From: Synechocystis sp. PCC 6803 substr. PCC-P
GTDB taxonomy: Bacteria > Cyanobacteriota > Cyanobacteriia > Cyanobacteriales > Microcystaceae
Reading direction: 5' to 3'
Length of the DNA stretch: 32,000 nt
NCBI RefSeq assembly: GCF_000284455.1
Contig: NC_017039.1
Location: 660,001-692,000 of the forward strand
Made by a program: the position numbers and the translations under genes. Position 1 is the stretch's first letter. Each line of letters opens with the position of its first letter. Below are positions 7,954 to 17,146 of the stretch, in pieces. The notes below the pieces were generated by a model, which saw nothing but the letters and a program-made list of their open reading frames with translations, was not told where the DNA came from and made no database searches.

Positions 7954-8874
7954 TTAGAAAGATTCAGAGTTAGGGGTATGGTTAATCTCCTGGTCGAGCC
8001 AACGTTTTTTCCAGCGGCTGGTGGGCTCCAATGTACTTTTGCTCTGTTCCGCTCGACGACGGGCCAGAATTACTTCCGCTGGATCTGTTCCTGAAGGATC
8101 ACGGTAGGGGATGGCCGCCTTAGTTTGCAGATGTTCCATTTCCCAGGGGGCAAATATTGATGGGGGTGATGGCTGGTGGCTAGCCAGGGTACCCAGGGGC
8201 CGACGACGGGGATGGGGCGGTTGACCGTCTCCCATGGTGGCAATGGACAGTCCGGCCAGTTGTAAACCATGACGCACCGCCGCCGCACTGCAATAGGTGG
8301 CTAAACGGCCTGTTGGGGCTAGACGATCGCCTAAATGACAGAGAAATTCCACTGTCCACAGTTGGGGACATTTGGGCGGTGAGAAGGGATCGAGGAAAAT
8401 AGCATCGACCTTAATATCTCGGGGCACAACGGATAGTAATGTTTGCCGGGCATCCCCGATCGCCAGATGGGCAGTTAAAAATTCCCTGGCAACCATTTCT
8501 CTTTGAGCTAGATCCTGCAAAATCTCCTGCACCAAATCCGGCCAACCCTGGAGCAAGCCATTGGCGATCGCCTGGCGGGGCACTTGCAGATCGTTTTCCA
8601 AACTGTACAGAGTTACGTGGCAATGGGGATTAATTTGCCAGATGGCTGTTAGGGCCGCCGCTGTGTTGTAGCCCAAGCCATAGCAGACATCAATAATAGT
8701 TAACCTGGATTTTTTGGCCGCCAACTGGGGCAAAAGACAGGGATGAACAAACTTTTCGTCCGCCTCCGCCTTAGCACCCCGCTGGGAATGGAACGTTTCC
8801 CCAAATTGGGGCGAATAGAACGTAAAAGAACCATCCGCCGTCAACTGGGGAGTAAAAGGGGCCGCACTGGTCAA
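7954..8874 (-). CDS. MnmC/MnmD-like methyltransferase domain protein (DUF752-type)
   Basis: PQFGETFHSQRGAKAEADEKFVHPCLLP...TIIDVCYGLGYNTAAAL...VDAIFLDPFSPPKCPQLWTVEFLCHLGDRLAPTGRLATYCSAAAVRHGL. Confidence 0.87.
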   Translation of the reverse strand: MTSAAPFTPQLTADGSFTFYSPQFGETFHSQRGAKAEADEKFVHPCLLPQLAAKKSRLTIIDVCYGLGYNTAAALTAIWQINPHCHVTLYSLENDLQVPRQAIANGLLQGWPDLVQEILQDLAQREMVAREFLTAHLAIGDARQTLLSVVPRDIKVDAIFLDPFSPPKCPQLWTVEFLCHLGDRLAPTGRLATYCSAAAVRHGLQLAGLSIATMGDGQPPHPRRRPLGTLASHQPSPPSIFAPWEMEHLQTKAAIPYRDPSGTDPAEVILARRRAEQSKSTLEPTSRWKKRWLDQEINHTPNSESF

Positions 8875-8877
8875 AAA

Positions 8878-9264
8878 TTAGCCCTCCGTTCCCGGTTTAT
8901 CCTGGGCCAATTCCCCTTTCAAGGTGGCAATTTCCTCCGTCAGGCGATCGAGTTCCCTTTTCGCCGTCGCAAAATCGATGATGTTATTGGAACCAGTGGC
9001 AGTGGTTTTGCTAAGGGGGTTGGGCAGGGATTGTCGCCATTGTGCGAGCAATTGATCCACATACTGACGGGCTTCCGTTTCCGTAGTAGTGCCCTTTTGG
9101 GCCCATTGGCTGGCCCGTTGGTCCCATTCCTGTTGCAAATCCTGGAAAGTACCCTGGCGTTTTTGCGGATCCTGCAATGTTTCCACCAAACTAGCGGTGG
9201 CTCCCACCGTAATCCGAAAACCTTGCTGGATAGTGTCTAACAAAGTGCTGTTGTTGGTAGTCAT
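8878..9264 (-). CDS. Conserved hypothetical protein, 128 aa
   Basis: ORF with host-like composition, tightly packed (3 nt) with the downstream methyltransferase gene; charged helical C-terminus. Confidence 0.7.
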   Translation of the reverse strand: MTTNNSTLLDTIQQGFRITVGATASLVETLQDPQKRQGTFQDLQQEWDQRASQWAQKGTTTETEARQYVDQLLAQWRQSLPNPLSKTTATGSNNIIDFATAKRELDRLTEEIATLKGELAQDKPGTEG

Positions 9265-9355
9265 CGTTAAAACTTAAGGTAGTTGAAGGTCAGGATTGAG
9301 TTCTCCAATGGTCGTTGCATTCAACAAGAACACCGTGGGTGAACCACGTTTGACC

Positions 9356-9853
9356 CTAAGCTAAACCAAAATGTCCTGTTTCCGCCACTGGACGGGGCAC
9401 CAAGCCAGTTTCCCAACAGAGTTTCTGGAAATCTTTGATCAACCCACTGCGCTCAATTTGCGAGTACCTATTCAGGTGACCTTTTTGGTTATAGACCAGC
9501 AACAGATCAAGTTCCGGTAGGGTGGCAAAATGCAACAATAAATTAAAAATGTCGATGGACCTAATTTGATATTCCTCCTTGGCAAAATTGGGGTGTCTTT
9601 GGGCATCCTGTTTATTACTAAAGCAAAATATGGCGGCCGCAGTTTTATTGCCCCCTTGGGCGCTCAGGGTGAGTTTGACTAGATTGTCATTGTGGCGACC
9701 AGTCCAAATATAAAGCGTATCCACATTCAGCTTTTTGCCGATTTCTTCAAACAGGGGAGTCATCACCAACTGCACCGCTTTTTTCTCTTCCTCGCTCCCT
9801 TGCGCTTGTTGGGACTGTTGTAGGAATTCTTCCTTAAATTTTTTCAGGCTCAT
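9356..9853 (-). CDS. Hypothetical protein, 165 aa
   Basis: ORF of host-like composition in series with neighbouring minus-strand genes. Confidence 0.7.
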   Translation of the reverse strand: MSLKKFKEEFLQQSQQAQGSEEEKKAVQLVMTPLFEEIGKKLNVDTLYIWTGRHNDNLVKLTLSAQGGNKTAAAIFCFSNKQDAQRHPNFAKEEYQIRSIDIFNLLLHFATLPELDLLLVYNQKGHLNRYSQIERSGLIKDFQKLCWETGLVPRPVAETGHFGLA

Positions 9854-9860
9854 AGCTTTT

Positions 9861-11051
9861 TCAATTTCCAGAGGGTTTAAGACGGTCGGCGATCGCCGTG
9901 AGGAACTGATTGCTTAATTCGGGCAACTGGGCTAAATTCTTCACCAGCCGAGTTTTCTCCCCCAAGGACAAATCCATAATCATGCTAACAATTTGTTGAA
10001 CTTGGTCCACTGTGGGCACCGTGTCTTTGGCTTCACTCGGTCCTTCTTGGTAAGAGTCGCCGTGGTCGGTGGCAAAGGGATCGGAGGCGGTGGAGGCCAT
10101 GGCTGGTTCAACAAGGCCAGGCTCTGTGGGGGAAAAACCTTGCCTAGTTAACAGATTTCCTTCTTCCAAGGGCGCAAAAAATGGCGGTGGTGGAGGGGGC
10201 ACAAACTCAATATGACCAAGGTGCTCCCTCGCATCGGTAAGTTTCTGGGCAGTGAAATCCCCAGGGTGGGGAGTCATTTGGCTCAGTAACTGGTCTTCCC
10301 AGGGTAATTTCTGCTGCCGGCCGGGGGCTAGGGCTTCTAGCTGAAATTTGCGGACAATGAAGTCCGGAGGCAGTCCCCTTAAATACCAGCGATACATCTC
10401 CGCTAACTGGGACTCATCACCATTCCACTCCAAAGCCAATCTGTCCTGTACCTGCACCGGAATGCGGCGACGCAGGGTGGAGAGAGATTGCTGAGAAAAT
10501 TCGTCAAACTTACCCTGTAACGCCTGAAAATCCTTGGCCGTGGCCTGACTGCCTAATTTGATTAATCGCACAATTTCCGGGGCGATCGGTCTGGGTAACC
10601 CATCGACTTTGGGGGAACGGGCCGCTGTTGCCAAACATTTTTGCACGGTCTGGTAGGCTGGACGGTTTTGATCCAGGGGAATCCATTCCACCATCACCCG
10701 CTCAAATTGCTTCATCACTGTCATCACCTCCCGATGGAGATGACGCAGGGGAGGTTGGTCAATTTCCTCTAGTCCGTTGACCTGGTCAAAGACCTTTTCA
10801 TTGTGGCCCTTGACTTCAATGTTGTGGATGCCCAATTGCCGCGCTTTTTGCAAACCAATTAATAAGGCTCGATAGGACGCTTCTGTGCCGGTGGCCGAGG
10901 CCAGTAACTGTTTAACGCTGGTTCTTTTCCCCGTGGGCAATAGCAAAATGGCCACTGCGGCCCCTTGACCTTTTTGTCCTAGGGCTTCCCCGGCATAGAA
11001 CAAAATTGGTATCGAATTACCTGTGCCATTGGGGGGAGAAGAATTAGCCAT
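9861..11051 (-). CDS. RNase H-like (ribonuclease HI family) domain protein with long C-terminal region; start re-assigned from 11159 to 11051
   Basis: IPILFYAGEALGQKGQGAAVAILLLPTG...TEASYRALLIGLQKARQLGIHNIEVKGHNEKVFDQVNG: RNase HI-like fold pattern. The internal Met (MANSSPPNG) avoids overlap with the divergent gene at 11108. Confidence 0.75.
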   Translation of the reverse strand: MANSSPPNGTGNSIPILFYAGEALGQKGQGAAVAILLLPTGKRTSVKQLLASATGTEASYRALLIGLQKARQLGIHNIEVKGHNEKVFDQVNGLEEIDQPPLRHLHREVMTVMKQFERVMVEWIPLDQNRPAYQTVQKCLATAARSPKVDGLPRPIAPEIVRLIKLGSQATAKDFQALQGKFDEFSQQSLSTLRRRIPVQVQDRLALEWNGDESQLAEMYRWYLRGLPPDFIVRKFQLEALAPGRQQKLPWEDQLLSQMTPHPGDFTAQKLTDAREHLGHIEFVPPPPPPFFAPLEEGNLLTRQGFSPTEPGLVEPAMASTASDPFATDHGDSYQEGPSEAKDTVPTVDQVQQIVSMIMDLSLGEKTRLVKNLAQLPELSNQFLTAIADRLKPSGN

Positions 11052-11107
11052 TGCTGGTGGTGTGGGGTGTTTACAATAACAGGGCAACCAGTTGGAGTAA
11101 TTGACCG

Positions 11108-11809
11108 ATGTTGGAAAGAATTCTGGAGCCAGAGGTAATGGACACCGAAGCAGAAGCAATGGACTACGATGCCATGGACTTTCAAGCGGTTAATCTGGCT
11201 TTTGCCCAGAGAGCTTGCCAACTCGGCCCAAGCAAAGCCACAGTGTTAGATGCCGGTACTGGTACGGCCCGTATTCCCATTCTACTCGCCCAGTTACGTC
11301 CTGCATGGCAAATCACTGCCATCGATTTTGCTCGTTCTATGTTGGCGATCGCCAAGGAAAATGTGATCGCAGCGGGGTGTGAAACTCAAATTTGCCTGGA
11401 ATTTGTCGATGCAAAACAATTGCCCTACGCCAATGGTTCCTTTGACGGAGTGATTGCCAATAGCCTCTGTCATCATTTGCCCAGGCCGCTGGATTTTTTG
11501 CGGGAGGTAAAACGGGTGCTCAAGCCCCACGGTTTCCTATTAATTAGGGATTTAATTCGCCCCGAATCCCCGGAAAAATTAGCTGATTTCGTAACGGCGA
11601 TCGGCTCCGACTACAACGACCAGCAGAGGAAACTTTTTGCTGATTCCCTCCACGCTTCCCTAACTATCGCTGAAATACAAGACTATCTCCAGCATTTGGG
11701 TTGGGTCGGTGATGATGGTCCCAACCTGGAGTTACACCTTTACCAGTCTTCCGATCGCCATTGGACATTGGAGAAGAAGTTCCAAAGTTCAACCATAGTA
11801 CAGCGATAG
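11108..11809 (+). CDS. Class I SAM-dependent methyltransferase
   Basis: KATVLDAGTGTARIPILLAQLRPAWQITAIDFARSMLAIAKENV...GSFDGVIANSLCHHLPRPLDFLREVKRVLKPHGFLLIRDLIRP. Confidence 0.92.
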   Translation: MLERILEPEVMDTEAEAMDYDAMDFQAVNLAFAQRACQLGPSKATVLDAGTGTARIPILLAQLRPAWQITAIDFARSMLAIAKENVIAAGCETQICLEFVDAKQLPYANGSFDGVIANSLCHHLPRPLDFLREVKRVLKPHGFLLIRDLIRPESPEKLADFVTAIGSDYNDQQRKLFADSLHASLTIAEIQDYLQHLGWVGDDGPNLELHLYQSSDRHWTLEKKFQSSTIVQR

Positions 11810-12007
11810 GACTGCAACGAAGGGAATCAGGTTTCCGCTGATTTGCGTTAAAATTCTCGTAAGCTTTCCCCATCAGGGATTTTTCTCTCGATCCATATGC
11901 TACTTTTTTTGGCCCATCCGGCACCAACCTCCCACCAGTACCCTCCAAGACGGATACCCTAAGGCCCTGTTTCGCCCCGTCCCGTCCTCCCACTGCTATC
12001 TAGGAGC

Positions 12008-12346
12008 TTGCCCATGCTACACCGGAAAATCTATCAACTTTGTACCGATGGCCACGAAGTCAGTCTTTACCTGAGGGACCAACAAAGGTGGGTAGAAAAT
12101 GCCAAAATTCTGACACTGGAGGGGGATTTGGTCACTTTCCGCTATGAGACCGAAGAAGAGGATGAGGTCTGTGCCTGGGAAGAAATGGTGCGCCTGGAAA
12201 GCATTGGCTCCGTTAACCGTAAGTTGGCCTCCGTTTCCCGCCTTGGTCATGAACTGCTAATTTCTGAAGATTGTCCAGAGGCGGAACAGTTACTAGCCCG
12301 ATCGCCAAAGTCCCACCAGGAAGAAGAAGAGGAAGACTGCGACTAA
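12008..12346 (+). CDS. Small conserved cyanobacterial protein (DUF6679-like)
   Basis: MLHRKIYQLCTDGHEVSLYLRDQQRWVENAKILTLEGDLVTFRYETEEEDEVCAWEEMVRLESIG. Family name recalled, not searched. Confidence 0.8.
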   Translation: MPMLHRKIYQLCTDGHEVSLYLRDQQRWVENAKILTLEGDLVTFRYETEEEDEVCAWEEMVRLESIGSVNRKLASVSRLGHELLISEDCPEAEQLLARSPKSHQEEEEEDCD

Positions 12347-12392
12347 ACTGGAACAGATTAAAATAAATTCCCCTATTTTTCCCGGCCCCACT

Positions 12393-13049
12393 ATGACCGA
12401 AAATATTGTCCGCGAAACCAGCAAGAAAAAAGAAAGCCCCCCGGAAAATACCTGGTTAGAGTTGGGCAAAACCATGGTTACCGCGGTTATCCTGGCGATC
12501 GGTATTCGGACTTTTGTGGCCGAAGCTCGCTACATTCCCTCTTCCTCCATGGAGCCGACCCTGCAGATTAACGATCGCCTGATCATTGAAAAGATCAGTT
12601 ACCGATTGCGGGATCCGGAGCGGGGAGAAATTGTGGTCTTTAACCCCACTGACGCCCTAAAAGCAAAAAACTTCCACGATGCTTTTATTAAGCGCATTAT
12701 CGGTTTACCGGGGGATGAAGTTAGGGTTTCCCAAGGCAACGTTTATGTCAACGGCAAAATGCTGGACGAAAATTACATTGCGGCTCCTCCCGCCTATGAA
12801 TATGGCCCAGTGAAAGTGCCCGATGATCAGTATTTAGTGTTAGGGGATAACCGCAACAACAGCTATGACTCCCACTATTGGGGCTTTGTCCCCCGGGAAA
12901 AATTGCTCGGCCGTGCCTTTGTCCGTTTTTGGCCCGTACCCCGGGTAGGCCTGTTGACTGATGATGCTGAGCGAGAAGCAGTAGAAATTAGCCCCCAAGC
13001 ATGGGAAAGTCCAGCCATTTCCCCCCAGACAGTGCCGGAGAGTCGTTAG
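12393..13049 (+). CDS. lepB: Signal peptidase I
   Basis: PSSSMEPTLQINDRLIIEK (catalytic Ser box), RGEIVVF, KRIIGLPGDEV (Lys box), YLVLGDNRNNSYDSHYWG. Confidence 0.96.
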   Translation: MTENIVRETSKKKESPPENTWLELGKTMVTAVILAIGIRTFVAEARYIPSSSMEPTLQINDRLIIEKISYRLRDPERGEIVVFNPTDALKAKNFHDAFIKRIIGLPGDEVRVSQGNVYVNGKMLDENYIAAPPAYEYGPVKVPDDQYLVLGDNRNNSYDSHYWGFVPREKLLGRAFVRFWPVPRVGLLTDDAEREAVEISPQAWESPAISPQTVPESR

Positions 13050-13090
13050 ATTATAAGCAATCACCACTGTGCGGAGAGAATCAAATAATT

Positions 13091-13714
13091 ATGGTTACCC
13101 CCACCCTCGTTAAAACCATCGCCACTGCTGCTCCCCAAACCTTTGACCAATTTTTGAAGCAATGTCCCGAAGAAGGCCGCTTTGAGTGGGTAAATGGAAA
13201 AATCATCGAAATGGTTAACACCCGCGAACATAAACTGATTGCTGAGTTCATTCTTTTCGCTTTCCATGACGAAATACGTCGTCTCTCATTAAACTTTGAT
13301 GTCACCACCCAGGCCACCATCAGAACTGAGATTAAGACCGGCGGTTTTCATGGACGCATTCCGGATGTGAGTGTTATCGATCGCCATGTATGGCGCTCCG
13401 ATCCCGGTGACTACAGAGCTTTAACTGAGCCAGTCCAGTTAGCAGTGGAGGTGGTTTCTAGTAACTGGGAAACGGATTATTTTGATAAATTGGATGAGTA
13501 TCAACGCCTTGGCATCAAAGAATATTGGATTGTCGATTATCTGGCGATCGGTAGTCGGGACATTTTAGGGGAACCAAAGCAGCCCACCGTTTCCATCTAT
13601 ACCCTCAATCCAGAAGGAGTTTACGATCGCCAAGCTTTTCAAGGGCAAGAAACCTTAGTATCCCCCACGTTTGCGGAACTGGTATTGACCCCAGAGCAAA
13701 TTTTTAACGCTTAG
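13091..13714 (+). CDS. Uma2-family (DUF820-type) putative endonuclease
   Basis: FDQFLKQCPEEGRFEWVNGKIIEM...GRIPDVSVIDR...PVQLAVEVVSSNWETDYFDKLDEYQRLGIKEYWIVDY. ATG at 13091 preferred over 13001, which would overlap lepB. Confidence 0.9.
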   Translation: MVTPTLVKTIATAAPQTFDQFLKQCPEEGRFEWVNGKIIEMVNTREHKLIAEFILFAFHDEIRRLSLNFDVTTQATIRTEIKTGGFHGRIPDVSVIDRHVWRSDPGDYRALTEPVQLAVEVVSSNWETDYFDKLDEYQRLGIKEYWIVDYLAIGSRDILGEPKQPTVSIYTLNPEGVYDRQAFQGQETLVSPTFAELVLTPEQIFNA

Positions 13715-13990
13715 TATTGGCATCAACAAGACAAAAAGTGGGGGTTGTATCGCGTCTCAGCCAGGATGGGGCGGAGAGTTTGGTAGAGGCTTAACTATAA
13801 GTCCACCAAAAGATAGAACTTCCTCAATTATTCACCTATGGCGTGAGTCAGCAGAAGAGGAATGTAGCTGACAATACAGAGACTTTACCTGGGATTTCTG
13901 TTAGTTTTGAGCAGGGGATAGGGTGGGCACAACTCTCTTCTTTTTTTAAACTCTAACTATCAGAAAACCATTTAGGAGCGCTCTTTACAG

Positions 13991-15442
13991 ATGCAGGATT
14001 TTTTGAGTAACACAGTGGCGTTGTCGCGGCTACAATTTGCCGTCACTGCCATTTTCCATATGCTTTGGCCGGTATTAACCACTGGTATGGGCATTTATTT
14101 AGTAATTATTGAAGGATTATGGCTGAAAACTCGTAATTTAGACTATTATCACCATGCTCGCTTTTGGGCTCGGCTCTACGTTTTAAATTTCGGTATTGGA
14201 GTAGCTACCGGTTTGCCCATGGCCTTTCAATTCGGTCTAAACTGGGCTCCTTTTTCGGAATCCGTAGGGGACTTCTTCGGCACAGTGCTGGGCTTTGAGG
14301 GCACCATGGCCTTTATGCTCGAAGCCAGTTTTTTAGGCATTATGCTATTTGGTTGGGACCGGGTTCCGCCCTTAATTCATTACCTCGCCACCATTTTGGT
14401 AGCCATTGGAGCAAATCTTTCCACCTTTTGGATTCTTTCGGCTAATTCCTGGTTACAGACCCCCGCTGGGGGCATTTTTGTCGATGGAAAATTTGTGGTG
14501 CAGGACTATTTTGCGGCGATCGCCAATCCGTTTATGGTTAATAGTTTCCTGCACATGTTCTTTGCCACTTTAGAAACCTCTATGTTTGTCATTGGGGGTA
14601 TCAGTGCTTGGTGTATTCTCACCGGTCGTCAACCGCAATTTTTTGCCCGCTCTTTGCAGGTAATTTTAGTGGTGGTGATGGCGGTGGCCCCTCTGCAAAT
14701 TTTCATTGGTCATTTGAGTGCGGAACAAGTATCAGTGCATCAACCGGCTAAACTTGCGGCCATGGAAGCTCTCTGGGAAACGGTGCCAGCCAAAACCCCC
14801 GCGGCTTGGAGTGTGGTGGCTTTACCCAACGATAAAGCAGAAAAAAATGACTGGGAACTGAGCATTCCCGGCGCATTGAGCTACATTTTGGAACTTAAAC
14901 CCCAACTGGATAAACCCATTCAAGGCCTGAAAGATTGGGCCCCGGTTGATCGCCCGAGGATGGTGGGCTTAATTTACTATTCTTTCCGCATTATGGTGGC
15001 CATTGGACTCTTTTTTGCCGCTCTCATGGCCGTGACAGTACTGCAATGGTTGCGGGGGAAATTGAAACCGGAAATTATCAGCCAACAAAAATGGCTACTG
15101 CGGGCTTGGGTCTTTGCCGCTCCGTTGGGTTATTTAGCAGTGGAAACGGGCTGGATTGTTCGTTGTGTGGGGCGACAACCCTGGATCGTTTACGGAGAGA
15201 TGCGGACAGCAGAATCGGCCTCCAACCTGCCCCCCGGTGAAATTCTTTTTTCCCTAACCGGGTTGAGTGTAATGTATATCGTCTTTTTAATTGCCACTCT
15301 CTATTTCGGCAGTCGCATTATCCGCAATGGGCCGGATTTAACCTTGCCTGCTCCCCGAGGTTCCGAAGCTTCCCTTTGGGGCACTGTGACCAAGCATGAA
15401 ACCAACCGCCGTCCCGCTGAAATTGCTGAAGTTAAGGAGTAA
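13991..15442 (+). CDS. cydA: Cytochrome bd-type quinol oxidase subunit I (CIO-like)
   Basis: LSRLQFAVTAIFHMLWPVLTTGMGIYLVIIEGLWL...FEGTMAFMLEASFLGIMLFGWDRV...GGISAWCILTGRQ. Confidence 0.96.
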   Translation: MQDFLSNTVALSRLQFAVTAIFHMLWPVLTTGMGIYLVIIEGLWLKTRNLDYYHHARFWARLYVLNFGIGVATGLPMAFQFGLNWAPFSESVGDFFGTVLGFEGTMAFMLEASFLGIMLFGWDRVPPLIHYLATILVAIGANLSTFWILSANSWLQTPAGGIFVDGKFVVQDYFAAIANPFMVNSFLHMFFATLETSMFVIGGISAWCILTGRQPQFFARSLQVILVVVMAVAPLQIFIGHLSAEQVSVHQPAKLAAMEALWETVPAKTPAAWSVVALPNDKAEKNDWELSIPGALSYILELKPQLDKPIQGLKDWAPVDRPRMVGLIYYSFRIMVAIGLFFAALMAVTVLQWLRGKLKPEIISQQKWLLRAWVFAAPLGYLAVETGWIVRCVGRQPWIVYGEMRTAESASNLPPGEILFSLTGLSVMYIVFLIATLYFGSRIIRNGPDLTLPAPRGSEASLWGTVTKHETNRRPAEIAEVKE

Positions 15443-15445
15443 CCC

Positions 15446-16456
15446 ATGGAACCGTTAGAACCGCTACAACATTTTCTGCCCCAGGTTTGGTTTTTCATTT
15501 TGGGGTTATTTCTCTTTCTCTATGTCCTGTTGGATGGGTTTGATCTGGGGGTGGGGATTTTGTCCCTTACGGCTTCCAGCGAAGAACGGCGCAGTATTCT
15601 GATGACCAGTTTGGGTAATGTTTGGGATGCCAACGAAACCTGGTTAGTTTTAATGGGCGGCTCTTTATTTGGGGCTTTTCCCCTGGCCTACGCCACCATT
15701 TTGAATGCTCTCTATTTACCGGCGGTGATTATGGTGGTGGGGTTAATTCTCCGGGCAGTGTCCTTTGAGTTTCGGGAAAATGCTAATCGTAAATTAGTCT
15801 GGAACATCGCCTTTGGGGTCGGTAGTTTCCTCGCCGCCCTAGGTCAAGGTTTTGCCCTTGGCAGTGTGTTTGAAGGCATTACCGTCGATGCCCAGGGACA
15901 TTTTGCCGGCACCATGTGGGATTGGCTGACTTGGCGATCGGTCATTGTGGCCCTTACCCTCATCCAGGGTTATGTGTTGATCGGCTCCACCTATCTCATT
16001 TTGAAGACGGAAGGAGAATTGCAAAAAACCTATTTCAAGACGGCGGCGATCGCCACTTGGACCACTTTGGCGGGGGCGGTGTTTATTACCATTAGCACTC
16101 CAGCTTTTTCCGAAGAGGCCAGGGCCCAATTGTTTACCGCTCCGTTGGTGTACATTTTTGCCGCCATTCCCCTGGTGGGCTTACTGTTCATTGGCCTACT
16201 GTTGCGGAGTTTGTATCTGCGGGAAGAAAATACCCCGATTATCTGGACATTTTTAGTCTTTTCCCTTTCCTTTATTGGTTTGGGTTTCATTATTTTCCCC
16301 AACATCATTCCCCCCAGCGTCACTATTTATGAAGCGGCGGCGGCCCCCAGTTCCCTAGTGTTTATGCTGACTTTCATTGGTTTCCTGATCCCGATCCTGT
16401 TGTTCTACAACATCTACAATTACTTAGTTTTCCGGGGCAAAATTGTCACCGACTAG
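15446..16456 (+). CDS. cydB: Cytochrome bd-type quinol oxidase subunit II
   Basis: VWFFILGLFLFLYVLLDGFDLGVGILS...GNVWDANETWLVLMGGSLFGAFPLAYA. Confidence 0.96.
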   Translation: MEPLEPLQHFLPQVWFFILGLFLFLYVLLDGFDLGVGILSLTASSEERRSILMTSLGNVWDANETWLVLMGGSLFGAFPLAYATILNALYLPAVIMVVGLILRAVSFEFRENANRKLVWNIAFGVGSFLAALGQGFALGSVFEGITVDAQGHFAGTMWDWLTWRSVIVALTLIQGYVLIGSTYLILKTEGELQKTYFKTAAIATWTTLAGAVFITISTPAFSEEARAQLFTAPLVYIFAAIPLVGLLFIGLLLRSLYLREENTPIIWTFLVFSLSFIGLGFIIFPNIIPPSVTIYEAAAAPSSLVFMLTFIGFLIPILLFYNIYNYLVFRGKIVTD

Positions 16457-17088
16457 GGAGTTCGTTGCAATAAACAGCGATACACCGGACGTTGCAAATT
16501 AAAACAGGCAATTTCCCTTTCTGTGGGTACCCCCAGTGGATTTTCTGCCAACCAAGGGGTGTCATGGGTAAAAACAAAATTGTCATTTTCGGCAAAACGG
16601 TCCCTCATATCCTGGGCCACGGGCTCCACATCCGATTGCAGTAAAACTTCCCCTCCTGGAGGCAATGCGTTGGCGATCGCCGTCACTAGTTCTGGTTGGG
16701 CCACTCGGCGTTTATTATGTCGTTGCTTAAACCAGGGATCGGGAAATTGGATGCTGACCCGTTGCAGAGTGGGGGGAAAGGCGGAAAAGAATTTTTCTGG
16801 CTCCACATTGATGTTGCCAAACAGGTAATGGAGATTTTTTAACCCCAGACGATCGCCGGTTTCGTTGGCCTCTAGCACCAAGGGTTGACGGATTTCCACC
16901 CCTAAAAAATTCCAGTCGGGGTGTTGTTGAGCCATTTTGAGGGGAAAGCGACCCCGGGCACAGCCAATATCTAGATGCAATGGTCGTTGGACATCGTCAT
17001 AAACGGTGGCCCAATCGGGACAGGCCAACACCTGCCGATATTTTTCACTGAGGGGGTTGACGTGTTGGCGGATGCGGACTCTAGCCAA
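16453..17088 (-). CDS. trmB: tRNA (guanine-N7)-methyltransferase
   Basis: LHLDIGCARGRFPLKMAQQHPDWNFLGVEIRQPLV...VSIQFPDPWFKQRHNKRRVAQPELV. Confidence 0.96.
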   Translation of the reverse strand: MARVRIRQHVNPLSEKYRQVLACPDWATVYDDVQRPLHLDIGCARGRFPLKMAQQHPDWNFLGVEIRQPLVLEANETGDRLGLKNLHYLFGNINVEPEKFFSAFPPTLQRVSIQFPDPWFKQRHNKRRVAQPELVTAIANALPPGGEVLLQSDVEPVAQDMRDRFAENDNFVFTHDTPWLAENPLGVPTEREIACFNLQRPVYRCLLQRTP

Positions 17089-17146
17089 GGAAATTTAGCC
17101 TAATTCAACATTTATCTTCACAGCCATTTTCTAACATTTTCGCAAT

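Noticed and set aside
8743-9277. Plus-strand 165-aa ORF (and 9089-9277) opposite the 128-aa protein and the methyltransferase start
   Set aside because: Overlaps two better-supported minus-strand genes; Arg-rich shadow-like composition.
11664-11993. Minus-strand ORF over the methyltransferase 3' end and its downstream gap
   Set aside because: No family resemblance; overlaps a confident gene.
13091-13714. Uma2 protein as part of a defence system
   Set aside because: Uma2/DUF820 genes are extremely abundant in cyanobacteria and this one sits in a conserved core context; no defence partner nearby.
13715-13990. Possible small RNA or extra regulator between the Uma2 gene and cydA
   Set aside because: 276-bp non-coding region read through; no clear hairpin, terminator or conserved sRNA motif. 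Probably the cydAB leader/promoter.
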